Assembly: GCA_964538275.1 (NCBI GenBank)
Contig: CAZIFW010000002.1
Coordinates: 5,052 to 69,051 of the forward strand
Source: an uncultured Bacteriovoracaceae bacterium
Lineage (GTDB): Bacteria > Bdellovibrionota > UBA2428
Reading direction: 5' to 3'
DNA: 64,000 bases
The notes beneath the pieces were generated by a model, which saw nothing but the letters and a program-made list of their open reading frames with translations, did no database searches and was not told the DNA's origin. The translations under genes were made by a program, and so were the position numbers. Positions 38,179 through 48,682 of this stretch are shown one piece after another. Positions within the stretch are counted from its first letter, which is position 1, and each line of letters begins with the position of its first letter.

Positions 38179-39759
38179 GTGTTTTTGAAAATTCTCTTCT
38201 TATTCTTTTGCACTTTTGTGGGTGTATTAGAAGCACAGCCACGTCTAGCAGCCGAACTTGAATTTGACTTAGAATATTTCAAAGTAGGTGCCCCTATTCG
38301 CGAATATTTTGAAGTGAATGATTTAGATAAAATCACTCACTACGATATCAAAAATAAAGATTTACCAGAGATAGGCGTAGTGTTGAGCCGAAAAAAAATG
38401 TTGCCACTTGAAGTAGAAGATCTCTTAGATAGGTTTGAGATAAGTTGGGAGCAAGGCTTTACACCTCCGAAAGTTGAAATCCGACATAAGGGTACAGTAA
38501 CAGCAGCAATAGCCAAGAGTGACATAAAAAAATTACTTAGGCTTTTTGCTTCAAGTGAAACTGAAGCTGAAGAATTATTTAAACATCTAAGTTCTATTCG
38601 GGCCTCTGGAAAGCAGAGACCACATTTGAATGCGCACATTCATGCCTCTGATCCCAGAGGAGCGAGCCGAGTTGAAGAAATGAAAGCTTTGCAGATACAA
38701 ACAACATTAGAATTCGCTCAGAACTTAGATAAAGAAGCAGTGAAGAGACTTTTTACTTCAGAGCTTTCTTCATATTCTCAAAATATGTGGTCGCGAGGGG
38801 TGGGACGGGCTATAGGTCTTTCCCGCTATGAATCGAGAAAACGTTCTGTTCCTATTGATCAAGATATCGATCGATTAAACAATGTAATGTCATCGCAATT
38901 AGATTCTGGAAACGCCAAAAAGGATGCGCTTGCACTTGTAAATGCTGAGGTGATTGAAAAACTATTAAAGATTCCTCTTAAGCCAACAGAGATGGGTGTA
39001 AAAATTTCTTTTTTTGAAGATTTGGCCCATCTTACTCAAGAAAGCTTAGAGGGTGATTTATTGATACGAACTCTTTTAAGCAAAAAAGTTGAGAATGATT
39101 TTAGAAAAATGCTTTCCGTTGAAGGTTTGGAGTTAGAGTCAGTTCGAGTTTTATTGAAACTACGACAACTTTCTAAAGGTTCTCCCTCTGATATTAAAAA
39201 AATTGATCAATTGCTGATTCAGAATTTAGAAAGCTTGGATGTTTATTCTAGGAGAAAGCTTTTGCTTTGGATTTCGAGGAATTTTACTAAAACTGAAGTT
39301 GATGTCCTTGCTGCAGATCCAAATATAAAAGAGTTTTTTTTTGAACCCGTTACTAAGGACCTTATACGGCTCAATTTAGCGGATAATTATTTAGTTTCTC
39401 ACGAACATGGTTATCACGAGTATTTATCCGTAAACACCGAAGCCTTGGGCCCTCAACTAAGAGCTTTAATAAAGGCTTATCAAAAATTGGCCCTTCTTGA
39501 TCCAAATTATTGGGACAAAAATCGTTATCACCTGGGCATGGGTTTGAGAGAAAATCCCTTAGAATTGTTTGATTATTTACCTACTGCTCATGTTGATAAA
39601 TTGTTTCAGCATTTAAAAGCTAGGCCTATAGATATTCATCCTGAAATTGAAGAAGTAATATATTCCTTAAGGGTGAGGCATGAGAAAGAAAAAAGTTTAT
39701 TTTTCGATCCAACTACTTCAGTTAGCAAATCAAACTGTATGCGCTGGTTAGCGCAATAA
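38179..39759 (+). CDS. Secreted hypothetical protein, possible amidoligase-like N-terminal domain
   Basis: Signal peptide; ELEFD, VEIRH and HLNAHIH motifs; C-terminal NCMRWL. Confidence 0.75.
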   Translation: MFLKILFLFFCTFVGVLEAQPRLAAELEFDLEYFKVGAPIREYFEVNDLDKITHYDIKNKDLPEIGVVLSRKKMLPLEVEDLLDRFEISWEQGFTPPKVEIRHKGTVTAAIAKSDIKKLLRLFASSETEAEELFKHLSSIRASGKQRPHLNAHIHASDPRGASRVEEMKALQIQTTLEFAQNLDKEAVKRLFTSELSSYSQNMWSRGVGRAIGLSRYESRKRSVPIDQDIDRLNNVMSSQLDSGNAKKDALALVNAEVIEKLLKIPLKPTEMGVKISFFEDLAHLTQESLEGDLLIRTLLSKKVENDFRKMLSVEGLELESVRVLLKLRQLSKGSPSDIKKIDQLLIQNLESLDVYSRRKLLLWISRNFTKTEVDVLAADPNIKEFFFEPVTKDLIRLNLADNYLVSHEHGYHEYLSVNTEALGPQLRALIKAYQKLALLDPNYWDKNRYHLGMGLRENPLELFDYLPTAHVDKLFQHLKARPIDIHPEIEEVIYSLRVRHEKEKSLFFDPTTSVSKSNCMRWLAQ

Positions 39760-39760
39760 T

Positions 39761-40804
39761 TTATCCTTCGAGACTTTCCAGAATATCAATGTAGCGCTGA
39801 GGAACTGTTTTAAGTTTCTCAACAGCTTTAGCAAGTGTAACGGCATTCATGGCGCCACCTTGAAGCGAAGGCATCATGCCCCACTTGTTATTGAGAATTA
39901 AATCTCCCGCTGCAATTCCGTAAGTGGTTGCGAGCACACGATCGCTCGCCGTGGGAGTTCCGCCACGTTGAACATGTCCCAGTACAGTTACGCGCGATTC
40001 TGCGCCTGTACGACGTTCAAGTTCGTCGGCAACAAATTGCCCAATGCCGCCCAAAAGAGGTCTGCCAAAGGGATCTTTTCTATCTTTAGAAATTCCCATT
40101 TCTTTTCCTTCAATTAAAACCTTAGCGCCTTCAGCAACAACAACGATTGAAAACTTTTTGCCGCGTTTTTTTCGCGAATCTAAAATACTTACAATGTCTT
40201 CAATGGCGCGTGGTTTTTCGGGGATAATACAAGCGTCTGCTCCACCTGCAATCGCAGCGTAGGTAGCAATCCAGCCTGCATGCCTGCCCATAACTTCAAT
40301 AACCATGACTCGATTATGAGATTCTGCCGTTGTGTGAAGTCTATCAATTGCTTCAGTTGCAATTTCTACGGCGGTCGCAAAACCAAAGGTAAAGTCAGTT
40401 TGGCCAATATCGTTATCAATAGTTTTGGGTACACCTACAATGGGCATACCCATTTCAAAAAGTTTAGAAGAAACAAAAAGTGTTCCCTCTCCACCAATAG
40501 CAACAATGCCATCGAGTTTGAGTTCTTTGAACTTGTCAAAAGCGAGCTTGATGGTAGTTTCGTCTTTAAGCACATTTGTGCGTGATGTGCGCAAGATTGT
40601 TCCGCCCACATGCAAAATGCCACTTACGGATTGGTAATCGAGGTCGAGAGTTCTATTTTCTAGAAGTCCAGCCCAACCATCTAAAAGTCCTACTATGGAA
40701 TAGCCTTGCGGCATGAGTCTTCGTGCAACGCCACGAATGGCTGCATTAAGTCCTGGGCAATCTCCGCCCCCTGTAAGAACACCAATCCGTTTGTTTAAGC
40801 TCAT
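39761..40804 (-). CDS. pfkA: 6-phosphofructokinase
   Basis: LTGGGDCPGLNAAIR, GGTILRTSR, VPKTIDND, EVMGRHAGW, LGHVQRGG. Confidence 0.95.
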   Translation of the reverse strand: MSLNKRIGVLTGGGDCPGLNAAIRGVARRLMPQGYSIVGLLDGWAGLLENRTLDLDYQSVSGILHVGGTILRTSRTNVLKDETTIKLAFDKFKELKLDGIVAIGGEGTLFVSSKLFEMGMPIVGVPKTIDNDIGQTDFTFGFATAVEIATEAIDRLHTTAESHNRVMVIEVMGRHAGWIATYAAIAGGADACIIPEKPRAIEDIVSILDSRKKRGKKFSIVVVAEGAKVLIEGKEMGISKDRKDPFGRPLLGGIGQFVADELERRTGAESRVTVLGHVQRGGTPTASDRVLATTYGIAAGDLILNNKWGMMPSLQGGAMNAVTLAKAVEKLKTVPQRYIDILESLEG

Positions 40805-40813
40805 AAAATTTCC

Positions 40814-41419
40814 TTAAAGGCCAACAGATTTCTTTTTAAATCTTTTGCGAATAGGCTTTTCTTCAGACCAAACAATCAAGCCACTTTCAAGATCGGTCAT
40901 GTTGAGTGTGAGTTTGTAAAATACAAGTTTGCGACTACCTACCTGTTGAACATTAGAGATTAAATCTCCGGTCAGTAAATAATCGGGCGCAATTCCACCA
41001 TCACGACGCTTTTGAGATTCTTTTCTGTAGCGGCCTGAATCTAGAGCGTAATCGACTTCGCCTTCACGTAGGTCTCGGTCTTCTTTGTTGGAGAAGCGCA
41101 CTTTGCCAGTTTTTAAAACAGCAGTACGAACAGCATCTGTAATCATCTTTGTGTCTATGTGTTCAGATGTTTTGTTGCGAACAACTTCCATTTGCACAAC
41201 GGGAGGAGTTTTTGCAGTGGTAATGATGGGATGTTGTTGAAGAGAGACAATCATTTCTTGAGAAAGTACTTGTGCGTCGCTTTCATTGAATTCGTCATCA
41301 AGGTGACGAACCACGTTGGGATCGTCGTATTCCCCTTGGGTGAATTGGCGAGATCCGCAGGCAGATAAGAGAATAAGTCCTAAAATACCGAGGTTATTTC
41401 GAATGATTTTCATGTTCAC
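40814..41419 (-). CDS. lpoB: PBP activator lipoprotein LpoB
   Basis: Lipobox LSAC, VRNKTSEHID, YKLTLNMTDLESGLIVWSEEKPIRK. Confidence 0.82.
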   Translation of the reverse strand: MNMKIIRNNLGILGLILLSACGSRQFTQGEYDDPNVVRHLDDEFNESDAQVLSQEMIVSLQQHPIITTAKTPPVVQMEVVRNKTSEHIDTKMITDAVRTAVLKTGKVRFSNKEDRDLREGEVDYALDSGRYRKESQKRRDGGIAPDYLLTGDLISNVQQVGSRKLVFYKLTLNMTDLESGLIVWSEEKPIRKRFKKKSVGL

Positions 41420-41545
41420 AATACTAGCCTGCCTTAAAAGGGGTGCCTAGGGTAAAAAGACGTAGCTCCATTTTGCAGCGAGCTGCTTTTAGAGCTTAAA
41501 TGGAATAGACATAAGTGCAGCGAAAAGGAGAAGCTAAGTAGCTGT

Positions 41546-42436
41546 ATGGCTAGGGTTTATTTTGTTACGGGTAAAGGCGGAACAGGCAAGTCTACACTTG
41601 CACGTGGTTTGGCCCAAAAGATAAGCACTCAAAACCTTAAAGTTCTTTTGATTAAAATTGATAGCTTTTCGCTTTCTATCTTGGGCGATAATCGGCCGCG
41701 CTCAATAGGCGAAAATTTGTGGGAAGAAAAACTACACCTACATAAAGCCGTAGAGGATTATTTTACAACTACCTTGGCAAAGATCCCTATTCCTGGGGCT
41801 TTGCAAAAAGTTGCACAAAAAATTCAAGAATCTGTATCGGCAAAGCTTCTTTCAAACAAATACGTTTTGCGTTTTATTGAAACTTGTCCAGGTTTAACGC
41901 CCTCTATTTTTTTAGGTAAGGTTTGCTGGGAAGCGCGCGAGGGTGGGCCCACGCTTGAAACTCGTTGGGATGTTGTGGTGGTAGATGCACCTTCTACCGG
42001 TCAAGCACTTCAAATTTTTGAAAGTGCACGGACTTTATCAAAGGTTTTAACTCAGGGGCTTATCGCAAATCATATTACGGATACTTTAAAGTTTGCGTAC
42101 AGTCGCAATTTTGAAATTCATTTAATGACTTTAGCTGAGGACGGACCTCTTCAAGAATGCCAAGAGATGATTGATCGATTTCAAAACTTAGAAATGAATG
42201 TGGCAAAGATTTGGATCAATAAAGTAGTTCCCGATTCTGAAGAAAAAACTTTAGCGGCTTTTAAAACTGAGGATGCTTTATTAAAAACAGCCCTTCATAC
42301 AGAACTAGATAGAATTGTAGACCAAAGAGATGCGATTGCAGCTTTTGATTTGAAAAATCCGAATATTGAAAAAAGCAAAATCAGAGAGTTTTCAAATAAA
42401 GAAAAACTTTCATTTGTAGGAGAGCTAGACGCATGA
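41546..42436 (+). CDS. ArsA/Get3-family ATPase, subunit A
   Basis: Deviant Walker A TGKGGTGKST; switch II VVDAPSTG. Confidence 0.82.
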   Translation: MARVYFVTGKGGTGKSTLARGLAQKISTQNLKVLLIKIDSFSLSILGDNRPRSIGENLWEEKLHLHKAVEDYFTTTLAKIPIPGALQKVAQKIQESVSAKLLSNKYVLRFIETCPGLTPSIFLGKVCWEAREGGPTLETRWDVVVVDAPSTGQALQIFESARTLSKVLTQGLIANHITDTLKFAYSRNFEIHLMTLAEDGPLQECQEMIDRFQNLEMNVAKIWINKVVPDSEEKTLAAFKTEDALLKTALHTELDRIVDQRDAIAAFDLKNPNIEKSKIREFSNKEKLSFVGELDA

Positions 42437-43455
42437 AACAGAGTTTAGTGATTCTAGGGAGTGGTGGAGTAGGTAAAACAACCGTAGTGGCTGCACTGGG
42501 CTTAGCTTTGGCGTCTAAGCATTCCAAGGGAGCTATTTTTACGGTAGATCCAAGTCAGCGTCTTTGCCAAACCTTGGGTTTAAAAAAGCTTAGCTTAGAA
42601 CCTTCTTTGATGTTTGAGGGAAGAGTTGAGGTTTATGGACTTGAAATTCAAGATGCCCTTAAAAAGCTACTGAGAAAAGTTTTTCAAGATCCAGCTCAAG
42701 TCGATAAAATTTTGAATCATAGACTTTTCCGTATGATTGAAGGAAACGTCAGCCATCTTGACCACTTCTTGGCTATGGAAAAGATTGTAGAGCTTTTAAG
42801 CCGAGAAGATCTCGATTTTTTAGTGGTCGATACGCCTCCCCACGACCAAGCCTTCGAGTTTTTTGAATCTCCCAAAGTCTTAGCTAACTTTTTAGATAAA
42901 TCATTTTTGAAGATTTTAATGGACCCTAAGATAAGTTCTGATGGCCTTGTAGCCAAAGTTATTAATAAAGCAATGGAAGAAGGCTGGAAGATGTTTCGCT
43001 CTTTTATGGGAGAAAGTTTTTGGAAAGAGTTGGCAGATTTACTCGAGCAATTGATGCCTTTAAGAGAAAAATTACTAGCCGCCACTGATAAAATGAATGG
43101 ATTCTTAAATGATCCCAACACAGTTGCGGCAGTTGTTTGCGTGCCTGAACGAGACTCTATTGCGGCTGCGCAAACTTTGGTTTCAAATTGGGATAAAAAA
43201 TTAAATCTTAAAGTTGAGAATTTGATTTTTAATAGAGCACATTCTTTAAATTTAAATATACCGCAAGAGTTATCAGCAACACTTTTTTCGGAGAAATTTG
43301 AATTACAGCGCTCTTTGATGGAATCTGAGTTTTATAAAAGTTTTGAAAATACAGCCTTGATTAATCCTTATTCACCTAAGGATATAAATTTGAAAGTTTT
43401 GGAGAGTATGGGGTATGAGCTTGTTGAAAAATTCACTGCTAAGTCAAAAGTATAG
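42433..43455 (+). CDS. ArsA/Get3-family ATPase, subunit B
   Basis: GSGGVGKTT (signature Lys replaced), TVDP switch I, VVDTPP; ATGA overlap with subunit A. Confidence 0.82.
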   Translation: MKQSLVILGSGGVGKTTVVAALGLALASKHSKGAIFTVDPSQRLCQTLGLKKLSLEPSLMFEGRVEVYGLEIQDALKKLLRKVFQDPAQVDKILNHRLFRMIEGNVSHLDHFLAMEKIVELLSREDLDFLVVDTPPHDQAFEFFESPKVLANFLDKSFLKILMDPKISSDGLVAKVINKAMEEGWKMFRSFMGESFWKELADLLEQLMPLREKLLAATDKMNGFLNDPNTVAAVVCVPERDSIAAAQTLVSNWDKKLNLKVENLIFNRAHSLNLNIPQELSATLFSEKFELQRSLMESEFYKSFENTALINPYSPKDINLKVLESMGYELVEKFTAKSKV

Positions 43456-44644
43456 TGTTGATACATTAAAGAAAGCCCGAGCCGTTTTAGATGCTTTAGT
43501 TATCAAATGTGGCATGCCTATCTATACATCAATCGACATTCGTGACTCTGGTGATCGGATTGTTGCTGTGGATGTGAATTTATTTCCAGCCGGCTTTAAC
43601 AACCTCAATACAGAGGCTTTGCAAAAAACTACAGATGAACTCAAGAAGTTTTTTACTGATCGTTTAAAAAGTAAGGGGCCCTGGAAAATTGGATTTTTGC
43701 CTGAATCTCATACAAACAATGAAGGCTACTTAAAAAATGTTCTAACTCTTATTCAGGCTATGCAAAAAGCAGGGGCCGAAGTCCAAACCGCATGGACTGG
43801 ATTACCTATCCCTAAAGCATGGGATTTAAAAGTAGGTGAAGACAAGGTAACTTATTTGCCCATACAACAAGTAACAGCTTGGGCAGATGCTCTTGTTTTA
43901 AATCATGATTTGAGTGGCGGGCCGATTGAGTCTGTTACAAATTTTTCTAAATCAGTTTTTCCTAGTCCTGAGCTGGGTTGGTATAAAAGAAAAAAATCTG
44001 AACATTTTGAAATTGCATCTAAGGTTTTAAACCTTGTTGCAAGTAAAGTGGATATTGATCCTAGGGATTTCCTTGCACAAGCTATCACTGTTGGAGATTT
44101 GGATTTTACTAAAAAAGAAGACGTAGAACGTCTTATGGATAAAGCGGCAAGTTTTTTTGATTCACTTAAACAAAAAAATGAAAATCCCTTTGTCTATATT
44201 AAGAACGATTCAGGAACCTATGGCTTAGGAATTTGGAATTTTAGTTCCTTAGAAGAACTTAAAGGGGCTACGAAACATATCCAGAAAAAATTTCAACGTG
44301 GCAAACAAGGAGCTTTTGTAAAACACGTCATTTTACAAGAGGGTATTCGAACACGTTTTGTCGAGAGCGGACCAGAAGCCGTGGTTTTAGAGCCAGTCGT
44401 TTACTCTGTAAATGGCCAGCGCGTGGGGGGTTTTTTAAGGTGTGCATTTGCAGAAAACGACGACAAGGGAGCTGAGCTTAATTTAAATCGTCCTAATGCT
44501 TGGTTTGAAGATGAGTCGCGTATCGCTAACGATTTAAGTGAAGTAAAAGAACTTTATTGTTTTGTGACTCAACTTCACTCGGTTTCAGCAGCCTTGGAAG
44601 AATGCCCTTGTGCCTCTACGTTTGAAGTAGATTCAAAACATTGA
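43415..44644 (+). CDS. gshA: Glutamate-cysteine ligase, GshA (PF08886-type)
   Basis: IYTSIDIRDSG..VDVNLFPAGFNNL, PESHTNN, LNHDLSGG, IKNDSGTYG, ILQEG, EPVVY, GGF. Exact start uncertain. Confidence 0.82.
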   Translation: MSLLKNSLLSQKYSVDTLKKARAVLDALVIKCGMPIYTSIDIRDSGDRIVAVDVNLFPAGFNNLNTEALQKTTDELKKFFTDRLKSKGPWKIGFLPESHTNNEGYLKNVLTLIQAMQKAGAEVQTAWTGLPIPKAWDLKVGEDKVTYLPIQQVTAWADALVLNHDLSGGPIESVTNFSKSVFPSPELGWYKRKKSEHFEIASKVLNLVASKVDIDPRDFLAQAITVGDLDFTKKEDVERLMDKAASFFDSLKQKNENPFVYIKNDSGTYGLGIWNFSSLEELKGATKHIQKKFQRGKQGAFVKHVILQEGIRTRFVESGPEAVVLEPVVYSVNGQRVGGFLRCAFAENDDKGAELNLNRPNAWFEDESRIANDLSEVKELYCFVTQLHSVSAALEECPCASTFEVDSKH

Positions 44645-44742
44645 CGATTTTATGTGGGTTTGCAGATTTTAGGGCTTAGCGCTGTGCAATCTGTCATATA
44701 AATTCACTGCCGTTGATTAAAAAAACTTCGTATCATTAAGAG

Positions 44743-46512
44743 ATGTGTCTCAAAAATTGCTCGCTAAGCATCGGGATTTTATTGGCTCTTATTTGCCCTC
44801 AATATTTAGCCGCAAGTAAGAACACTTCCAAAAAAGTAACTAAGGGACCTAGCATTAAGGCAAGCAAAAGGGATAAGCCAAAAGAAAAATATCCAAGTAT
44901 TCAAGTTCGATGGTCCGATGATGAAAAACTTTCACTCGCTTTTTCGGATCTCGCGTTTCAACTTGGTCTTTCACAAGATGATTTGGAGATTAAAGCTAAA
45001 AGTCTGGCTGAATTGATTGACCTAAAAAAAGATATTCCTTGTGATACTTCCAAGAGTGAAGTTTTTTGCAAAATGGTGAGCGAGTTAAAAATGGAACTCA
45101 TCCCCAAGGCGGGATCACTTACTTCTGGAAGCAAAGCAAAGCAGAGAGTTTTTATTAGTCGCCAGAATATTACTCAAAATCAAAAAGACCCCTACGCAGA
45201 TTTATTGGGGTCACTTTCCAAAATGCCCACGGAAGACACGGATAATCTAGTTTCTTCAGTACTTAAAACAACAGGGTGTCCTAGAAATTTATCGGCGGCA
45301 CTTATGAGAAGAACAGAACTGTCGCTTCCAAGTGAAGAAGCAAAAAAGACAATTGCTCAACTTTATAAGCATGCTTCTCATTGCTTGCAGGAAAATGATG
45401 AAGCTTATGAGGTTACGCATTTTAGATACGCACTTCTAAATCATGCATGGGGAAATAAAAAAATTGCTAAAGAGGCCATTGATAAAGCAATTCTATCTGT
45501 AGAGTCAGAAGAGCGTTCGCGAGCTTTATTTTGGGCAGGTTATTTGCAAGAAAATCAAATAATGCAAGATGCGTATTGGACACGTCTTGTAGATACTTTT
45601 CCACTTACCTACCATGCACTCGAGGTTTGGGAGAAAAAAAATGTTGATCCTTTAAGGATTTTTTCCTCAAGACCTGCTTTTGAAATGGTACGAAACGCAC
45701 TTGGGTCAGATATGCCTGCCGACAATGCTATGAGATGGCTTGAAGCACTTTATTTTATAAACAAGAACAGAGCGGCTTTGTGGCTTGGTGATTGGGTCTC
45801 CAATCGTTATGCAGAGCAATTATCGTCTGCCAACACACTGTACATTTCAAAATTAAAGTCACAGTTAAATACACCCTTGAGTACAATTCGTTTCTTATCA
45901 GGCGGGATTCGTCGTGACCCCATGCTTTTAAATGAACAAAGCTTAAGGCTTCTTTTTCCAAAACATTATTTTGAAAGTTTTTCCAAGACTTCTCTGAATG
46001 TAGATGCCTTTCTACTTTTAGCTTTAGCAAGACAAGAGAGTGCTTTTGATCCAAGAGCGCGTTCCGTTGCAAATGCACAGGGTATTATGCAGTTACTTCC
46101 AGCAACGGCTAGAAGATTGAATAGAGGCAAAAGAGCCGATCTCTACAATCCTACCAAAAACATTGAATTGGGATCTAAGTTTTTAGGTGATCTCATAGAG
46201 CGCTATGGAAAAGTAGAGTTAGCATTGGCGGCTTATAATGCAGGTCCAAATCGTATTCCTCAGTGGCAAGAACGCTATGTAACCAAGGATGATTTACTTT
46301 TTGTTGATCTAATTCCGTTTAAAGAAACTCGAAATTATGTGACATCTATTTTGAGAAATAATTATTGGTATGAACGTTTGTATAAAAATGATCCCCAAAT
46401 TACACATCGAAATAATGTTCATCGAAGCAGAAACGTCCAAAGACTTATAAGTAGTCATTTTCAAGCTTCTTCGACGCCAACGACGCTTCGAACTCCTGCA
46501 ATGAGTCCATAG
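44743..46512 (+). CDS. Soluble lytic transglycosylase (Slt family)
   Basis: ARQESAF, AQGIMQLLPATA, NIELGSKFL, ALAAYNAGP, ETRNYV. Confidence 0.92.
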   Translation: MCLKNCSLSIGILLALICPQYLAASKNTSKKVTKGPSIKASKRDKPKEKYPSIQVRWSDDEKLSLAFSDLAFQLGLSQDDLEIKAKSLAELIDLKKDIPCDTSKSEVFCKMVSELKMELIPKAGSLTSGSKAKQRVFISRQNITQNQKDPYADLLGSLSKMPTEDTDNLVSSVLKTTGCPRNLSAALMRRTELSLPSEEAKKTIAQLYKHASHCLQENDEAYEVTHFRYALLNHAWGNKKIAKEAIDKAILSVESEERSRALFWAGYLQENQIMQDAYWTRLVDTFPLTYHALEVWEKKNVDPLRIFSSRPAFEMVRNALGSDMPADNAMRWLEALYFINKNRAALWLGDWVSNRYAEQLSSANTLYISKLKSQLNTPLSTIRFLSGGIRRDPMLLNEQSLRLLFPKHYFESFSKTSLNVDAFLLLALARQESAFDPRARSVANAQGIMQLLPATARRLNRGKRADLYNPTKNIELGSKFLGDLIERYGKVELALAAYNAGPNRIPQWQERYVTKDDLLFVDLIPFKETRNYVTSILRNNYWYERLYKNDPQITHRNNVHRSRNVQRLISSHFQASSTPTTLRTPAMSP

Positions 46513-46604
46513 GCTTTAACTATAAAAGGCTTAATTTAGTTATTCCCCTTTAGTTTTGAAAGAACTTTGATTAAACGTAGCCTCAGGCAAAGGGGTATTT
46601 CAAA

Positions 46605-47678
46605 ATGTTAAGGCTTCAATCTTTTTTCAAATTCATAGGTATTTTTCTTTTTTTAAATTCTCTGAGCGCAGAAATATCACTGCCTCTTCACACTGTGAGG
46701 GATCAATCCAGCACTCGTCACTGTTGGTCGTATGCCATGAGTCACTTACTCGAGACCCGATCTCTTTATGCTCATAAAGTAGAAGCCACCATAAATATTG
46801 AACAAGACGTCGTTTACTGGGTAAACCTTGAAAGGCTTATGTCTATTTTTGATCAGAAAAAAGACATGATTCAATGGAATCCTTTGTACGACGAGGGCGG
46901 ATGGCAAATTGAATATTGGAATAGTTTTTTAAAATATGGAAAATTAATTACAGCATCTAAAGCAGATGTCATACCACAAGTTGTTTATTCACCATTTTCT
47001 ACTTATTACTCGGATAACCCTTTTGTTACGATTGAGCGTCCTTCGCCTGTGGCTGATTTGTTGAGTTTTGAAGAACTTAAAGAAAAGTTAATTGGAAATG
47101 AATTTCCTACTCGAGAAGAAGCATTTGCATATGTGCGTACTTGGTTAGATGGGCAGTATGGAAAACCTTTTCTTACAACACAGTGGATGGGCGAGGAGAT
47201 AGCTACACAAGAAGTTCCTAAAAAAATATTAGCCTCGGATTTTGAAGTTATGAAAAACACGGAGTCTATGGTGCTCATTAAGCCAGTGAGTGATTTGGGC
47301 CAAGGATGGGTAAAATATCTTGGAGAGCGTTATTGGGGCTATCGTTATGAGCAAGGCAAAATTTTTGGACTCATTCAACAGGTTTTAGATAAAGGCTGGC
47401 CTGTAACCTATGACAACGTTTATCACGCCATAACAATTATTGCTTACAAGAAGAACGAAGAGACGGGTAAAACGCATTATGCGATAGCAGATTCGGCACC
47501 TGCAAGTATTTATTGGCAAGACGAAGAACGTCTATTGGGAGATTTAAATCTTGTGACTGTACCTCTTCACACGGTATCTGATTTACTACCTGCCCGAGAG
47601 GGAGCTCGTTTGCTTTTACCTTTACCCAGAGCAGAGTCTTGGGATGAGGTGGATAATGTTATTGTTCCACCCAGATAA
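46605..47678 (+). CDS. Secreted papain-like (C1) cysteine peptidase
   Basis: Signal peptide; DQSSTRHCWSY (Gln/Cys), YHAITIIAY (His), IADS. Confidence 0.75.
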   Translation: MLRLQSFFKFIGIFLFLNSLSAEISLPLHTVRDQSSTRHCWSYAMSHLLETRSLYAHKVEATINIEQDVVYWVNLERLMSIFDQKKDMIQWNPLYDEGGWQIEYWNSFLKYGKLITASKADVIPQVVYSPFSTYYSDNPFVTIERPSPVADLLSFEELKEKLIGNEFPTREEAFAYVRTWLDGQYGKPFLTTQWMGEEIATQEVPKKILASDFEVMKNTESMVLIKPVSDLGQGWVKYLGERYWGYRYEQGKIFGLIQQVLDKGWPVTYDNVYHAITIIAYKKNEETGKTHYAIADSAPASIYWQDEERLLGDLNLVTVPLHTVSDLLPAREGARLLLPLPRAESWDEVDNVIVPPR

Positions 47679-47706
47679 AAACTTTCAGTAAGCTTGATTT
47701 AGATCT

Positions 47707-48549
47707 CTATTCTTCTTGATTTGGAAAGTCAGGCGATATTTGGCAAGTATAATCTTCAGGATTAAAGTTCTCGTCGTAATCGTAACTTTCAAAATTAGCA
47801 GGATCTATTTCACATTGTTGATCGTTGAGTTTTTCCCAGCTCAGATATCCGCGCTGAATTTTAAAAGCCATTTTTGTAAAAAGTGGAGTGAGAGCTTCGC
47901 GAATTGAATTTTTAACAGCACGTGGTTTATTGGCATTGCCCCCTTCGTAACCGCCGCGGCAAGCTTCTTCATTAAATATTTCTTTCACTCGTTGTGGATT
48001 GGCTCTTAGATTTGCTTCTTCTAAAAGTGCGTACAGGGCTGCCAGATATCCTGTGCGGTCTTCACCTACGGTACAGTGAAATAGAATTTTTCTATTATTT
48101 TCTGAATCATTTTTTACTTCTTTTAGCTTTCTTAAAGCAGCTAAGGTCATTTTGCAGACTTCTTTAAATTCAGTAAAACCCTTCCAAGGAAAGGGGATGC
48201 TTGTAATTTGAGATTCAGTGAAACCTTTTTCTAAAAAAGCTTCTTTTTGAATACTGATGTCATCGCGATCCGGTTCTTGGGTTTTAAAAATTAAGAGATC
48301 TGTAACTCCTGCTGCAATGATTTGATCTACAAAGGCGGGATCTACAGACATTTTGCTGGGGGTGATGGGATCGCGATTCCATGGGCGCATAGAACGCAGA
48401 ATTTTCTTATCGCCATTCACAAATCGAGCATTAGGTATAGTGATGCCTGTTTCTTCGGCTATCTGGCTTTCAAAGGGTGAAAAAAGTACAAAGGCTTGAG
48501 CATTAAAAATAAAGAACACCGATAGGATTTTAAAAATTGTTTGCACCAT
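47707..48549 (-). CDS. Secreted PTP-fold phosphatase
   Basis: Signal peptide; CX5R loop FHCTVGEDRTG. Confidence 0.82.
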   Translation of the reverse strand: MVQTIFKILSVFFIFNAQAFVLFSPFESQIAEETGITIPNARFVNGDKKILRSMRPWNRDPITPSKMSVDPAFVDQIIAAGVTDLLIFKTQEPDRDDISIQKEAFLEKGFTESQITSIPFPWKGFTEFKEVCKMTLAALRKLKEVKNDSENNRKILFHCTVGEDRTGYLAALYALLEEANLRANPQRVKEIFNEEACRGGYEGGNANKPRAVKNSIREALTPLFTKMAFKIQRGYLSWEKLNDQQCEIDPANFESYDYDENFNPEDYTCQISPDFPNQEE

Positions 48550-48682
48550 AAATTCTCCTTTGCTCTGGCTAATGAAATATCACGCTGCTGGCAGCATAAT
48601 TTCTATTAACTTGTGCATGGCTTCAAGCGAGCGGCGCATTTTTCGCCACACTGACGAAATTGATAAAAGGTGTCACAGTCCG

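Noticed and set aside
46545-46595. CCCCTTT/AAAGGGG pairing that could hide the C1 peptidase RBS
   Set aside because: Only 7 bp across a long AT-rich loop; plausible by chance.
48665-48675. Isolated AAAAGGTGTCA as another member of the repeat family
   Set aside because: Single half-site with no partner arm or periodic copy.
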